Position numbers and translations under genes: made by a program
Notes under the pieces: generated by a model
What the model saw: only the letters and a program-made list of their open reading frames with translations
What the model was told of the DNA's origin: nothing
The model's database searches: none
Part shown: positions 24,786 through 55,521 of the stretch, one piece after another
How positions within the stretch are numbered: the stretch's first letter is position 1
Layout: each line of letters begins with the position of its first letter
Assembly: GCF_037042905.1 (NCBI RefSeq)
Contig: NC_087246.1
Coordinates: 7,938,001 to 7,998,000, forward strand
DNA from: Lytechinus pictus
Lineage: Eukaryota
Reading direction: 5' to 3'
Length of the DNA: 60,000 nt

Positions 24786-26579
24786 GACCTGGGCAGTTCT
24801 TCCACTCACCACATGGTCTACTTTCATTTAGTCTCATGTCATTCCGGCTAATAACCAGTTTGTCCAATATCCATTTAGTGTATATACCATTTGGTCTATT
24901 GTGCAAAATGAATGAAAATGAAATTGATATTAGACCAACAACTAGCTGGTTATCGAGACGAAATGGTCATAGCCGGGGGTCATAGACGTTTAGACGAAGT
25001 GACCATTGGATCAGATGGTTAATGGACCAAACGGTTGTTGGACGGAATGGCATTAGACTATAGATGAAAGTAGACCATGTGGTGAGTGGACCAGTTGGCA
25101 GAAGACGAAAATTACCTCCAAAACATCCTCAAAAACACAATCATAACTCGATCTAACCCAAATCATGCACTGATCTGAAGTGACCCAAATCCACCTCCAT
25201 GCTTTATCTCGTATACGTATATGCCCTCTGACCCCTCTGACACTGGCGGATCTTGCCGGGCCGTGCCTCCCCCCCCCCCCCCTCCCCCCGCTTGACCCCT
25301 TGAGAGGCACAATTAAAATTTGTGATGTAAAATGCTGTTAAAACAAGTATGCCCCCCCCCCCACTTGAAAGTAAAGACCGTTTTTTAAATAATTTTTTGC
25401 TTGTCAATTTTTTTCGTGGACGGGTGAAAAACTTTCCTTTTTTTCTTGGCGTGTAAATTTTTTTTCGGGAAAATGTGCCCCCGGGCCCCATTTGGAAAAT
25501 CGTGGATCCGCCCCACTGAACTAGAGATTTCTAGTTCAGTGATCCGCCCCTGCCCTCTGAGTAATCAGACCGGAGCAAATGTCGCTGGACAAGTCAACAC
25601 AGGTCATCAGGAATTAGGGGCGTGGGGACACATGGTGTTGTTATACTCTCTCTATATAGGCCTTTCATTTACGCTATATCGTGAGCCAGTTAGTAAAACA
25701 GCGGAAATCTTCCTACTTTGAAGAACGATTTGTTTTTCAATTTAGAGAAAAGAACAAAAAGGGGGGGGGGTCAATACAAAATGGAGATCAAATTGATCCC
25801 AAGAAATTTGAAAAGCAAAAAAAAAAAGAATGTTTTCACCGTACAAAATCAAGGTAATTTTTTGTTGCTTTTTTTTTCAGATCATCCAAAATACATGGAG
25901 GTGCTGCGTATAGAGAGTAATACACGCAGCACCACCGAAGACATTTTGGGGTGCTTCAGCCCCCCCCCCCCCCCGCTTCCCAGTGCCTATATAATATAAG
26001 GTATATTATAAAGAAATAGTGACAGGGAATTGGATTATTCATTAATGGCACGCCCCTTGAAAATATATCGAGGAAATGTGGTGACCGATGGTAAATTTTC
26101 GAAGTGAAACCTATTTTGAAGCACTTTTTGTATCTTTAAATTTTTGAGTGAAATACTCATCATGCATTATATACACTGCAAAAGAAACTGACTCCGGGAT
26201 AGAATAGAGTCAATCAATCTGACCAGAGGCGTCGATCTTCGGTGGCAGGGGCGATCGCTCCATATTAGAATCTCCTCCAATAATGTAGAAAACTTGACAA
26301 AATCTTAACATCCAATACCAAATATGTTTCAAAAGCATAACTGGACATAAAATGCTATTAAACACAGGGCCCTGATTTACATATAGCAACCCCCCCCCCA
26401 AAAAAAAAAAAAGTTTCACTCCAAAATGAAGGTCATTCTGTTTCCGAGAATTTTGACCAAAAATCGATCTGCCGCTCGAAGATAATTTTTTGTTTCTTTG
26501 AATGGGGTATATAGTCACTTCTTAGTTTTATTCTTATAAATCAACATAACGATATATAATATCATAATCCTTATTTATA

Positions 26580-28170
26580 TAATGCGAGCGCGAAGTGCGA
26601 GCTAAATTTTTTTGGAAATTTTATGTATTTTTCCTAAAATTTGAACATTCTGGGCAATGTTTGTTATCCTGAAAAAGATTTGTCTGCAATTAAATAATTA
26701 CTACGAACGCGAAGCGCGAGCAGAAATGAACTGAAGGAAAAGGTACCTGTGGCTTGCAGTTAGCCACGAAGACGTTAAATACTTTAAAAATCAAATAATG
26801 CGAGCGCAAAGCGCGAGCTGAATTTTTTTGACATTTAGACCTACTGAACGAGACACTCTATTCATGTTAAGTAAATCATGAAAAGGATGAGTAATTGGGG
26901 ATCTTCCTTACATTAATAATACGAGCACAAAGCGCGAGCAGAATTTTTTTTATATGTATACATTTTAAAGTGATCGAAAAAGTACCTGTTAAGGACTGCT
27001 TGCACTTAGCCATGAAGAGTTTTTAGACGTTACATATTTAAACAATCAAATAATGCGAAACATTTTGACATTTCTACATAAAGAATGGAAAATTTTAATC
27101 AATTTTTGTAATCGTGATCCGGATAGCTATATAACTAAACAATTGATGCGAGCGCGAAGCGCGAGCGGAAAAATCGAGATTTAGACCTAAAAAACGGGAC
27201 ACTCTATTCATGTTTTGTAAATCATGAAAAGAATGAGTAATAAGGGATCTTCCTACCTTGATAATGCGAGCACAAAGCGCAAGGAGAAAATTTTTGATAT
27301 TGGGATCTGTAACTGGATAATGATTTAAATAGATAAAACTATTTGATATTCCGACTGAAAAAAAAAATCAATTTCTGCTCTATATTTCAAGCACTTTGTA
27401 GGAAAATTGTGAGGTGGATATGGATCGCACTTAATAAAGAGCTGATATGTTCCATTATCATTACTTTGAGTTTTGACATATAGGACCGGAACATCCTTAG
27501 GATATGTCATCATATGAAAATGATGACTATCTTCCTATTCCTCTTGCTATGCGCGAGATAAAACAAAAGGGACAATTTAATTTCTAATTTAATATCTTAC
27601 TCATTAATGCCTAATAAAGGCACGAAATCTGATGATATTATGGCCTGAAAACTGGACATTTCAAGCACTTTTGTAATCATAAATAGGATGCATCTGTTAA
27701 TATATTTTTAACCATTAATGCGAGCGCAAATCGCGAGCCAAATTTTTGATAAACTGTCATTAAATGGGGATTTTAAGTAGTTTTTTGTATAATCAATATT
27801 AAGACATACATAACTCTCCAATCAAAATGCGAGCGCAGCGCTAGCTGATACGTTTTGGCAATCAGACCTGCATGAAAAGGGATATTTTGAAAACTTTACG
27901 GAATGCACGAAAATAATAGGTACCTGATAAATCAAAATTTGCGAGTGCGCAGCGCGAGCAGAAAATGTTAACATTCGGACCATAAAACTGACATTTTTAC
28001 AGAGCGCTTTTTAAAAATCAGTTTGTAAATCACACAAAATAATGAAAGTTCGATTTCCGAGGTAAAATATGTTTTGTATATTGACTTCCAAACTTGATAT
28101 TTAAACTCCATATTGAACAAGATATGAAAATCACCTAACAGGCAATGCGAGCGCGAAGCGCGAGCGAAAA
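26580..28170. repeat. Diverged minisatellite with a recurring GCGAGCGCGAAGCGCGAGC core
   Basis: About a dozen cores spaced about 100-120 bp apart with mutually related spacers; probably the interior of a MITE ending GGATCCGCC near 28355. Confidence 0.85.
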
Positions 28171-29337
28171 TTTTATATAGTGACATGAAAGATTCTTTTT
28201 ATTTTCCAAGTCTTTCCCTCATCTTATTTTATTCACTCGTCTTCCTACTCTTCCTTTTTCTCCTCTCTTTTCACTCTTTTTTTTTCTTTCTTTCCTTTTT
28301 TTCTTTTTTTTTGCTCCGCCAATAGGGGGGCCCGGGCCCCTCCCCTGGATCCGCCTATGGGATTGTGGTACATAGACATTCTTTTCACCCTCTCCCCCCA
28401 TCGAAAACCTGATACCCCTGATCCTGTGTTTTAAATAACTTCATTAGCCTCGCGCTCAGGGAGAAATGTGTTAGCTATAAGTGAAGATCATTGTCTTCAA
28501 GTAAACTCATGAAACCAACCGGGCCTATATATTTCATTTATAAATTATGGTCTTTCCACGTAAAGTAAATTAATTGTAAATCTGAACACCAAATAATTTA
28601 AAAGAATACCTCGTTTATTGCTTTATTATTGACAGGAAATGTATGTCCTCGTTATTATTCCTGCTTTTTTAGAATCATGATTATTCTTTTTCATAATCTA
28701 TCAAAAAAAATTTGGCAAGATATAAAAAATATACTAATTTAGTGATTATTCTTATTGCACGTTTTTGGCAATAAAATACACTTTTATTGTACCTCGTAGG
28801 CGTATTTTAGACAAGTCATACCTTGGCTTTTCACATACACCATTTTCAAACCGAATACGCTTTATGCGTTAAATTGTATTTTCACCTTCTTTTGTTTCTC
28901 CATTTTAGTGTTTTTAAATATCTATCGATTTTTTATTGTATTCTTTTTTTGCTATTAAAAATATAAATTTCAAATAAAGTCTACCTTGATTTGTATTAGA
29001 TAGTGAATAATCTATTCTAAAAATCCGATAATTGAAGGGGTCATTATTTACTTCGGAGGCAAAACTCGCGGTCGGGACTCGCGGAATGTTGTTTTCTCGG
29101 TGAAGTTAAAAATTTTGGACTGGAGATTGATCGTAATTAATTGTAAGAATTCGTAACTGTCCGAACCTGTTCCGTAATCTATCTGCAACTCTCCTTGTGT
29201 GTTCAAAAGTATCCGGAAGATTATACCTTAGTCGAAAGAACAAAATAAGCGTCAACTCGTATAAGTGGACGCAAGTGTCCGCATCTGGTCATTATAGTAT
29301 AGTATCGTCCGCATCTTTTTCCGAAGATAAAGATGTA

Positions 29338-29564
29338 CACTGCAAAAACTCCGGTGTTGATTTAACACCAGCCCGGAAACTATTATGTCCACACCAGAGA
29401 AGTATTGAAACAACACCAGTTTGGAATCAAACCGATGCTGTTTTAATGTATAAACACCTATCTGGGGTTAGACCAAAACGAAACTGGTGTTGCTTAACAC
29501 TTCTCTGGTGTGGACATAATAGATTCCTGTCTGGTGTTAAATCAACACCAGAGTTTTTGCAGTG
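29338..29564. mobile_element. Palindromic MITE (CACTG...CAGTG, TA TSD)
   Basis: CACTGCAAAAACTC.GGTGTTGATTTAACACCAG is inverted at the right end; nearly the whole element folds back. Confidence 0.9.
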
Positions 29565-29890
29565 TAGGCCTATAAAAAAATGGTGATGGGAAGGAATCCG
29601 TGCATGGGAATCCGCCGAAAATTGACTTTGTTTTAACGACACGATGGGCGCAGAGCACTGTGTGACCATAGGGAGAAGTAATCACATGATGCTATATTCT
29701 AAGCAATTAATGCAAGCACGGGGTGAGCTGAATACCTCAGAGGGGAAAATTTTAAGGACGATTTTTGTAGGAATTTATGAAACTGATACTCATCAGCATA
29801 ATGCGATTTATATATATAAATCCTCTCATAAAAAGGGACATTTAAATGATTGTTTGTAAAAATTAATGAAGAGGATTTGTGTATCTATTC

Positions 29891-30158
29891 CATGGGCGGA
29901 AATCCCAGGGGGGACAGGGGGACGTAGTAGGGGGGAGGGCACAATATCAAATGTCCCCCTACTATTTGTGGTCTTTTATGATGGTAAGAAATACATCATT
30001 CAAAATCGAAATAAAAAATGTATTTTAGGACGAGGTTTTTGTTTTTTGGCTTGTCAAATTTATTTTCGTCTAAATGACCTTAAATTTGGAGTGATAACCT
30101 TTTTTTTTTTTTTTTTTGCTTGTCCCCCCCTACCTTTTGGGAGAGATTTCCGTCCCTG
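29891..30158. mobile_element. hAT-like MITE
   Basis: CATGGGCGGAAATCCC / AGATTTCCGTCCCTG termini; 8-bp TSD ATCTATTC/ATCCATTC. Confidence 0.8.
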
Positions 30159-30469
30159 ATCCATTCTCCTAATCAAATCAGCGCGTGATGAAAAGCTTTT
30201 ACAGTTAAACCAGAAAAATATGTATTTCAGAACTGTTTGGAAGAATGAGTAACGCATCACAATGCAAACCCACAGCTAGAGGTGAAAAGTGATGATCTTT
30301 CTGTTTGAAAAAAAAAAAATATTTCAAGGACAGTTTATTGGAATTCTTGAATAGAAAAGTGAACACTAATATTTATCACTGGGTAAAGACATGCAAGATT
30401 AATTTGATAAATGTGTTGGAAACTGCATTACCATGGTATAATAGCAGAGGACGGGGTATTAATCATCTT

Positions 30470-30956
30470 CAGTGGTATTGAATTTTTAAGTTTAGCAATA
30501 TATTGTGAAAACAGTTACGTACACGTCATCATGAATGTCACTTTCCCCACTTTCCTTTTTATACATGAAATCATAATTACTTCATTTTTTCATACATGTG
30601 TGAATGGTATGTCTCCCTTGTAATGAAACAAGTTGCAGCAATGAATATCTAATGCACTTAATCAGTTGTTATTCCAATATTTTGGGTTCTTGAATGAAAA
30701 ACACTGAAAACCCCAATTACATAGACCTATAATGAAATACAAAAAGAACAAGTGGGTATCTGACATCACAAGTTTGCTGATTGAACATTCATGAAGACAT
30801 GCCTAGCACTGTTGAACCGGAACCATGTAAATCTTTAAAACATGATAACTTTGTTATTCCTTGTCTGATTTTGATCAATATTTCAGTGTTTTGTTTAGTG
30901 TCTGATTTTTCTTAATCTCTTCAAATCATATTTTCAGCTTGGAGTACCCTGTTTAA
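30470..30956. mobile_element. Degenerate copy of the TTAA MITE family
   Basis: Similar to 914-1465 and 22205-22799. Confidence 0.65.
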
Positions 30957-31571
30957 TCTATAAATGACTCAATCTACAAATGAATCAATCAATCAATGAA
31001 TGAATCAATCAATCAATCACTCACCTACCTAAAACCCACGTTTCACCTGGCTTGCAGCTACCTAGCTATTATGATCTTTCAATGCTTCAATCATCCATCA
31101 CTTCTTCTCCCGAGTTCCATCATTTCTTCTCCCGAGTTCCATCATAATCAAAGCAAGCCAAAACAAATATACCATTCTAAAACAAACAAATCATTATACA
31201 TCAAGAATTTTCTTTTAAAAATTTTTATTGACATTCTCTTTATCCTGCTCCATGACAAATGAGCATCGTGAAGACAAGGACAGAAAACAGTATTTTCCTT
31301 CCAATTTGAAAAAAAAGTATCTTTTCTCTACACATTTGTTCTGACTACAACTCAAGTCCCTATAACAGATAAGCATCAAATCATTTTACGTATAAGTGAA
31401 GCACCCTTTTGTAAAGAATAAATACAAACATGATATACACAGTCACAAAAGGACAATAATTATCAATATTGCTTTCTTCATCATTTTCTGGTACTTTGAT
31501 AGGACGATAATTGCTAAGTAGATGATAAAGAGAAAGCACCAGAAAAGTACATCCCTTTTTACAAGTCTACA

Positions 31572-31854
31572 ATAGAGTACCGAAGCGATGACGTCAGTTG
31601 CCATGGTGTCATGGCGGCCTGGTTCTAAACAAATGAACCCAGAATGAGTGTCATGGCGGCCTGGTTCTAAACAAATGAACCCAGAATGAAAGCGTGCGTT
31701 TGTCATAGGAGAAAATGGCTGCTATCGGAATGATCGCTTGCAATCTATTTTTCAGAGGAGCCAAAATGTGTACAGACGATAGTCGGGTGCGATTCTGTTT
31801 AGAACCAGCCCGCCATGACACCATGTCAACTGACGTCACACTTCGGTACTCTAT
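31572..31854. mobile_element. MITE with ~60-bp TIRs and an internal 42-bp duplication
   Basis: ATAGAGTACCGAAG..TGACGTCAGTTG.CATGGTGTCATGGCGG.CTGGTTCTAAACA is inverted at the right end. Confidence 0.85.
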
Positions 31855-32339
31855 ATACTTAAAAAGACAATGAAGACTCAATGCATCAACCCAGAGATAT
31901 ACAGTTACACCAATTATGCAGCAACTAAGCTCCAACATTCGATGGTCATTAGTAATTATGTAATGTTTGCTTTGGTCTTATTAAGTCTTGTGTCATGCCT
32001 GTCAGTTGGTATTAAACTTCATTACAAAGTTCAAGGAACATATTTCTTACTTGACACACACACATACAGGTATTTCGGAAACAAGCAAACTTTCTTTTGA
32101 CGCTTGATGAAAATATCTTATACCTTCTGTCGAGATATACCAACTACTAATTATTGTAAGAACATTAAAATTAATCGAAATGGAAAATTGTAATTTGCTG
32201 TATCATACTCAATTACTCATAATCAATAAATATTAGAAAAACACAAACAAATTAAATGTGAGCCTACCTGTAGTTTGAATCAATTCATATATTGAACTGA
32301 AGGAAATTGGTGAAGGATGAATAAGGAAATTCAAAGATA

Positions 32340-35300
32340 CCATGATCAAATACATTTATATTGAATGAGCATACTGTCAACTCAAGCTCCATTTATTGTA
32401 TGTTGAGAGACCTGTGTAAAGCACACCGGTTGATGACAGAATAGTAACACAGGGCAGTTCATTCACCTTTTCTCAGAAAAATAAATAGGACCTACTTATA
32501 CATCACCTGGTTATTTTGTTTTTGATTTTTCAGTGGCAATTCGTGGAAATTATCCGATATGAAAATACGTGATTGCCATTCTATACAGTTGCCAACACAC
32601 TGATTTATAAATACAAGATATGGCTGATTGGAACATGATACAAATCTTTCATGCACATGATTTTACCAGGTTTTCTAGAACACTTCCATCTAATGATGAC
32701 CAATGTCACATTCCGCTCACGAGTTACTTGTATAGTTTTTTTTTAACATAATACTTGATGGGTATTAATAATTTGAATCACAGCTGAAAAGATCACCAAA
32801 ATAGAGATAATGATCACAAGAGACAAGTGTTCATTCCTGATTGTAGTATCAAGTTATCTTGTGTAAGGAGATAAACATCCTTTACAGATAAGTGGCCATT
32901 ACAGAAATTCTGAGTGCATTCATTAGTTTAACATTCTTTAGAATTAATACCACTCATTTTTATGAAGCCTGAAACCAAATAAACTTACAAAAATGCCCTA
33001 TTGATCAATAATCTACTGCTACATAACATTTGTAGTCAAAAGGAATAAAAAAAATACAATAAACATATTCTATAATAAAACGAATTTCACTCACAATTTT
33101 AATTTCTTACTTTCTTGCAACCTTTATTACAAGAAAAGTTGTTCAATCTATTTATTTATTTCTTAAAAATGCATTGTAAACAATAGTATATATATATATG
33201 TTACAAAGATTGCAATAGAGACACAGATCTCTTAATGACATATGTCACTCAAAACTATACAAATATCACAATTCTACAGTACATGAGAGTAATAAATATC
33301 CACATGAAAAAACTACACAAATCAACTCCAAAGAGAGAAGTTTTGATATACATATTGATTGCAAGAGCACAAATTTTGGGAATTAAGTTAACACCAATGA
33401 ATGACTGAAGAAAAGAATCATTTACTTTCACACAGCAAAGTTCATTCACAGGAAAATAAATGATTGTGTATCGCTGCCTGGGTTACTTGTTCGACAAATC
33501 ATCATCTCTTATATTTTTATTTAAAAAATGAACAACATGTTGCAATTGTGCATAGCTTGAAGAACAACTGAAAACATGGACATTTTTTTTTATAACTAAA
33601 TAAAATGTAAAACTTAAACATGTTTGCTTGCATTCATAAAACAGAATCAAGTGAACATTCACCTTTCACAGATGGTAGATAAATCTGTACAAAAATGTAC
33701 AAAAAGACTACAAAACTCTTCCATAGAAAAAAATAGCACAAATCAATATTAAAATTTAATGCAGTAATGATTGAAATCATTCAAGGTTTGCTTCCTTCTC
33801 TATCTATGTAAGTAACATGATCATTACATACTTTCATTCTATTCCTTTACAACACTACATAAAAATCATACAATGAATTAGGACACTTGATTTGCTAGTC
33901 AAATGAGCATTGAAAAATAACTAAAAGCAATCACCATAATGCCGTCTTAACTTGCTATTTCCATGCATGATTTGGAATGTTCAAATGTTTTGCCTTATGA
34001 TCTATTCAATTGTTCAGCCATTCTTTGTTGTAAAACAGTGTTCTATAATTTCAAATATTCTGCCCTTCCTGCACACACATTCCCATCATAGATGAGAGAA
34101 TTTAAAGGGCAAATTTATTTACTTCTTTCCTACAAGATGGCAAAATAGTTTGTTATCTTGCACTACTTAATGAAACCCAGGTAAAGAGTATACTTTCTCT
34201 GCAGAACTTACATACTTATTTTATTATCTAATCCATTGATAATTTGTCTGTGTTCTTTTGTAAAATATTACTGATGGGTGTTTTATAAAGCTGTTCGAAA
34301 GTTTTGAGCGACTTTGCAATTGACTGGTGATCCTTTGTGGTAAATGATACAAGCCAAATTTCCACTGGTGTTTAGTTCCTAAGAGAGGATCACCAGTCGT
34401 TCCTGAAGTCACTCACAACTTACAAACAGCTTTATGAAACACTCACCAGATAAAGAAATTTTACAATAAAAGTACCGTTATTTAGTGTTACTATATCCTA
34501 ATAAATTTGTGTAACTGTATCATAATAACATATCAATATCTCTGCAAGAAACTGAAGTTTTTTCGGAATAAACCATAAAATGATAAGTTGTTGTTTTTGT
34601 GATGGTGTTTAATATCTCAAATTTTATACTTTCTGATAAATGTCTGATTCTGTAATATCTCATTCACTTAGGTATCTGAATACAGGGGTGGCACCACAGG
34701 GGGGGGGGGGCAGAAAAATGCCCTTCCCCCACCCGATTTTTTTTTTATTAAGGGAAAAAATCAGGAAAATGGGGGGGGGGGAAGAAATGATGGTGAAAGT
34801 GTACATAAGGGAGAGATATGGACAATGTAACTATATTACCCCTATAAAACAATTGAAAACAAATATTGATGTCACCTTTAGATCATCTTACCACCCCCTC
34901 CCCCCACTTCAAAATACCCTGGCAACACCCATGTGGATATCACGTTTACTATCAATTAAAACTGCAATTAAACTAGAATACATCATCCATGAAAATTCAA
35001 ATTTGATTGCATGATTACATTTCCACAAAGGAATTTGGGCTTAAGGCTCATGTATAAAGGTCTAGTAACAATAAAACTATTTTTGTTTTAATAACCCTCA
35101 AAACAAAATGCAAAATCATTCAATTTTGCATTATGATACCTACATGTATGTCCAATATATAAGCAAATGTACCTCCATATTATGGAACTGTTATAATCTG
35201 ATGGTAAAGGAAAAAAAAATATAAATGCATTTTTGTCAGAATCTGCAATGTTGCATACACTAGATTCATGGTTTTTCTACCTGTATGTTTGTAAATAACT

Positions 35301-38170
35301 AACATTAAAGGAAATAAATATTATTTTTCCAAGAAACCAAATTCAATTAAAGGGAAGATATTGTGAGATGTAGATATATTTTCAAAGCAGTAACCTAAAA
35401 GTTCTTGGCTTCTTGCACCTTCCTACATGCACATGAATCAAAACTTACAACCAAAAAATATACATCTGTATAAAAGTCAAAGAAAACTGAAATATCTTGA
35501 CGAAGAAAATATTTTACACAGATACAAATATCCATGACGACCAAACAACAATGTGCCCATTGAATACACAATGTACAAGGCTAAACTTCATACAAATATG
35601 ACACACAAATATAAGAGTTAAAAAAACCCAAAACAAATAAATTGAAACATATCACACAATGTCTTTATCACTATTTCTATTTTTATATATAACACTACTT
35701 AAATAAGAATTGCGCAATCAAATTAGGTGCGTTCAAACCCAGAAAATGATTTAGACTAAAATGACACACGCCTGATGCAGCATTGTTATCATTCTTTCTC
35801 TCTTTCTACAAAAAATGTACATCCGAAATACCCAACTAGTCCCATATAAAAAATGATGAAGTAATATACATATAAATTAAGTTCTATCACAAAACATGGC
35901 TAGATCACTTATAAACCAATCACACAATGATCGGCCGGTCAGTTCCGGCTATTTCAACATGCAACCGACACATCCAGCTATCTATGTGTTGCCATGACAA
36001 CAGCTAAATCCTTCAGAGCAATGTTATTCGTTGGATTGAATCCCAATTTGTAGCAAAAGTTTTTCATTGCAAAGGAAGGAGCACCAACATACATGAAATA
36101 TGGTTCTTTCTGTCAGAATATATCTTGCACAATACCACACCATATATCTCCATGATGATGCTTCAAAATAGGGAGGAGTCACAGTTCACAAACACCTTCT
36201 ACTCCTGTAGACATCTTCTTTGGAGATCACATCCACTTTCTAATTATACATATATCTAGCCTAACAAGGATGCAGAGACTTTAAACAATATAAATAAGTT
36301 AATACACATGACTCTGCAAGACCTTATATCACATGATTGGCAATTACACTTCAGATTAATTGTTACTTCAGCAATAATTTACAAACAAATCATTTCTTCA
36401 TTCTCGAGGTATATGCAATAGAGTTTCTAAACCCATCATCCAGCTTTCATCTCAAAACAAAATATGATTAACAGAGAGGGTAAATGAGATCAATTAATCC
36501 CTTTTGGAATTGAGGAAGAAAACAACAAAAACCAAATCCTGTACTTAGAGATTGTGGTTTAAAAACAAATTGCACAAATAAATCTACATTGTTTGTGGCA
36601 ATACAATATTACAAAATACAAGCTTAAAGACGTAATTGTCCTTTTCTTGCATATCTAGATATGATACAAATGCACAGGCCATTGAAGTCAATACACATAA
36701 AAATAATTGCATCGTACGTAGAGTACTAATTAGCTTGTCTATAAACAAAAAATGTTAAATACAATACTGACAATAATTGAAAGCATTCAATGAAAGGGAG
36801 AATTGGACTATTCAATTTAAATAATTTCTTTTATTCAATACTCATCCTGTACAGAATTTCAATATTTCATTAAGATACAGTAAAGGTGACAAAATGAGAA
36901 ATATTTCCTACAAAAAAAAATGTGGTGTAACAATGAGAATGCATTTTGACTATCAAAATACTGCGGCGGTTTTTCACTTTTAAAAAATTAAAAGATCAAC
37001 TTCTTAAAAGTCGATATATATTCCATTCAAGAAATGGTATGAACCAAGCAAAACCTTCTCTGATAAAATAATGTAAATTCTTCTCATAATTAAATCACAC
37101 ATTTTAGGAAAATTTACTATACTGAAGAATATTTTTAACTTAATGTTAGAGAAAATGAAGATGAAAATTAGATTTAATGAGTTGGGTAGTACTGGTCATC
37201 TTGAAACAAGGAAATAATTTAAATGAGGCATCAAAGGGATCCTGGCTCAAAGTATATTTTGTTTGCAGCAAGCTCGAAAAAAGGTCATCTTTAGGGGGTT
37301 GCAGCTTCAAAGTTGTCCCCGTTCCCTTTTCACAACTAGCTTTGTTACACAAAATGAATGTTGATGTATTTAAACCTTCAAGTTAAAATCGAGGAATGGA
37401 TGTCCATGGACTTTCCTATATGAATTCGGGCTTGGTAGTAAGAACGTAAGCTCCTTTGAGATATTTCAAAAAGATACCTCAACATTACTGATACAAATCA
37501 ATCTGGAGCAATTCTGATACAGCCATGTGTTCTCAAGAATCACAGCATCTCAGAAAGGAATCTGCACAATATCATTCTCTGCAATTTTTTTGTGGCAGCC
37601 AGGGGTACAGAATGCAGCAATGCAGGAACATAAATTAAAAACTTAAAATCACCTTAAATGAATACAGCTGGTCTTGCCAATTTGCAGAAACCTGTGGCAC
37701 ATACAGATTTGTTAAAAGGAACGTGGGATTGTCACCGATGCCTCTCAGTTCATTTGACAGATATACACATGTTGCAGCATCTTTTGCTCGATTGAAATAA
37801 TATAGCACATCTGTTGAATGGAGCATATCACACACCTTAAAAATATAACTCTGCTCCTTCATCACAGGTCAAAAGTACGTAGAGGTCAAAGGTCAAGTCA
37901 CAAGCAGTTGAGACGGCGGGGCAAACAGTCAGTATTGCTCTACTCAGTCAAGAACTAGGGTCTAGGAGGAGGAGACAGGGAGACGAGCGCTCATAAATAG
38001 TCGAGGCACTAGCTATAAATATTTCTTGGCAATTCTTACAAAGCTCTCCCTCCTTCAACACACAGTAAGGCTTGGAATATAGTATCTGGACAAGACTTGT
38101 TTGTTATTCGTTGGTTGCCGTGGCTGGCTGGTGGGTGGGGGCGGGGCATGGTCCCCTCCCGGCCTTCTCA
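32340..38170 (-). other. Probable long NLK 3' UTR (left end uncertain)
   Basis: Directly downstream of the stop. About 6 kb almost free of the transposons that fill 1-31 kb, and U-rich on the minus strand. Minus-strand AATAAA hexamers occur near 33123, 33151 and 32392. Confidence 0.45.

Positions 38171-55521
<17,351 letters not shown>

Larger units (their letters stand above)
16632..24793. mobile_element. 8.16-kb non-autonomous CMC/EnSpm-like element (CCC...GGG, 2-bp TSD, long subterminal repeat arrays)
   Basis: TIR CCCAGGTAAAAAAACCAGTT vs the reverse complement of the right end, CCCAGGTCAAAAAACCAGTT; TSD CA. Removing it rejoins a host GTCTA-type element (about 16567-25116). Confidence 0.85.

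Noticed and set aside
28980..29720. CpG-enriched possible promoter or first exon of another gene
   Set aside because: No linked coding exon or convincing splice structure could be found.
36569..36575. miR-92 seed match in the putative NLK 3' UTR
   Set aside because: One 7-mer in about 6 kb is expected by chance without conservation data.
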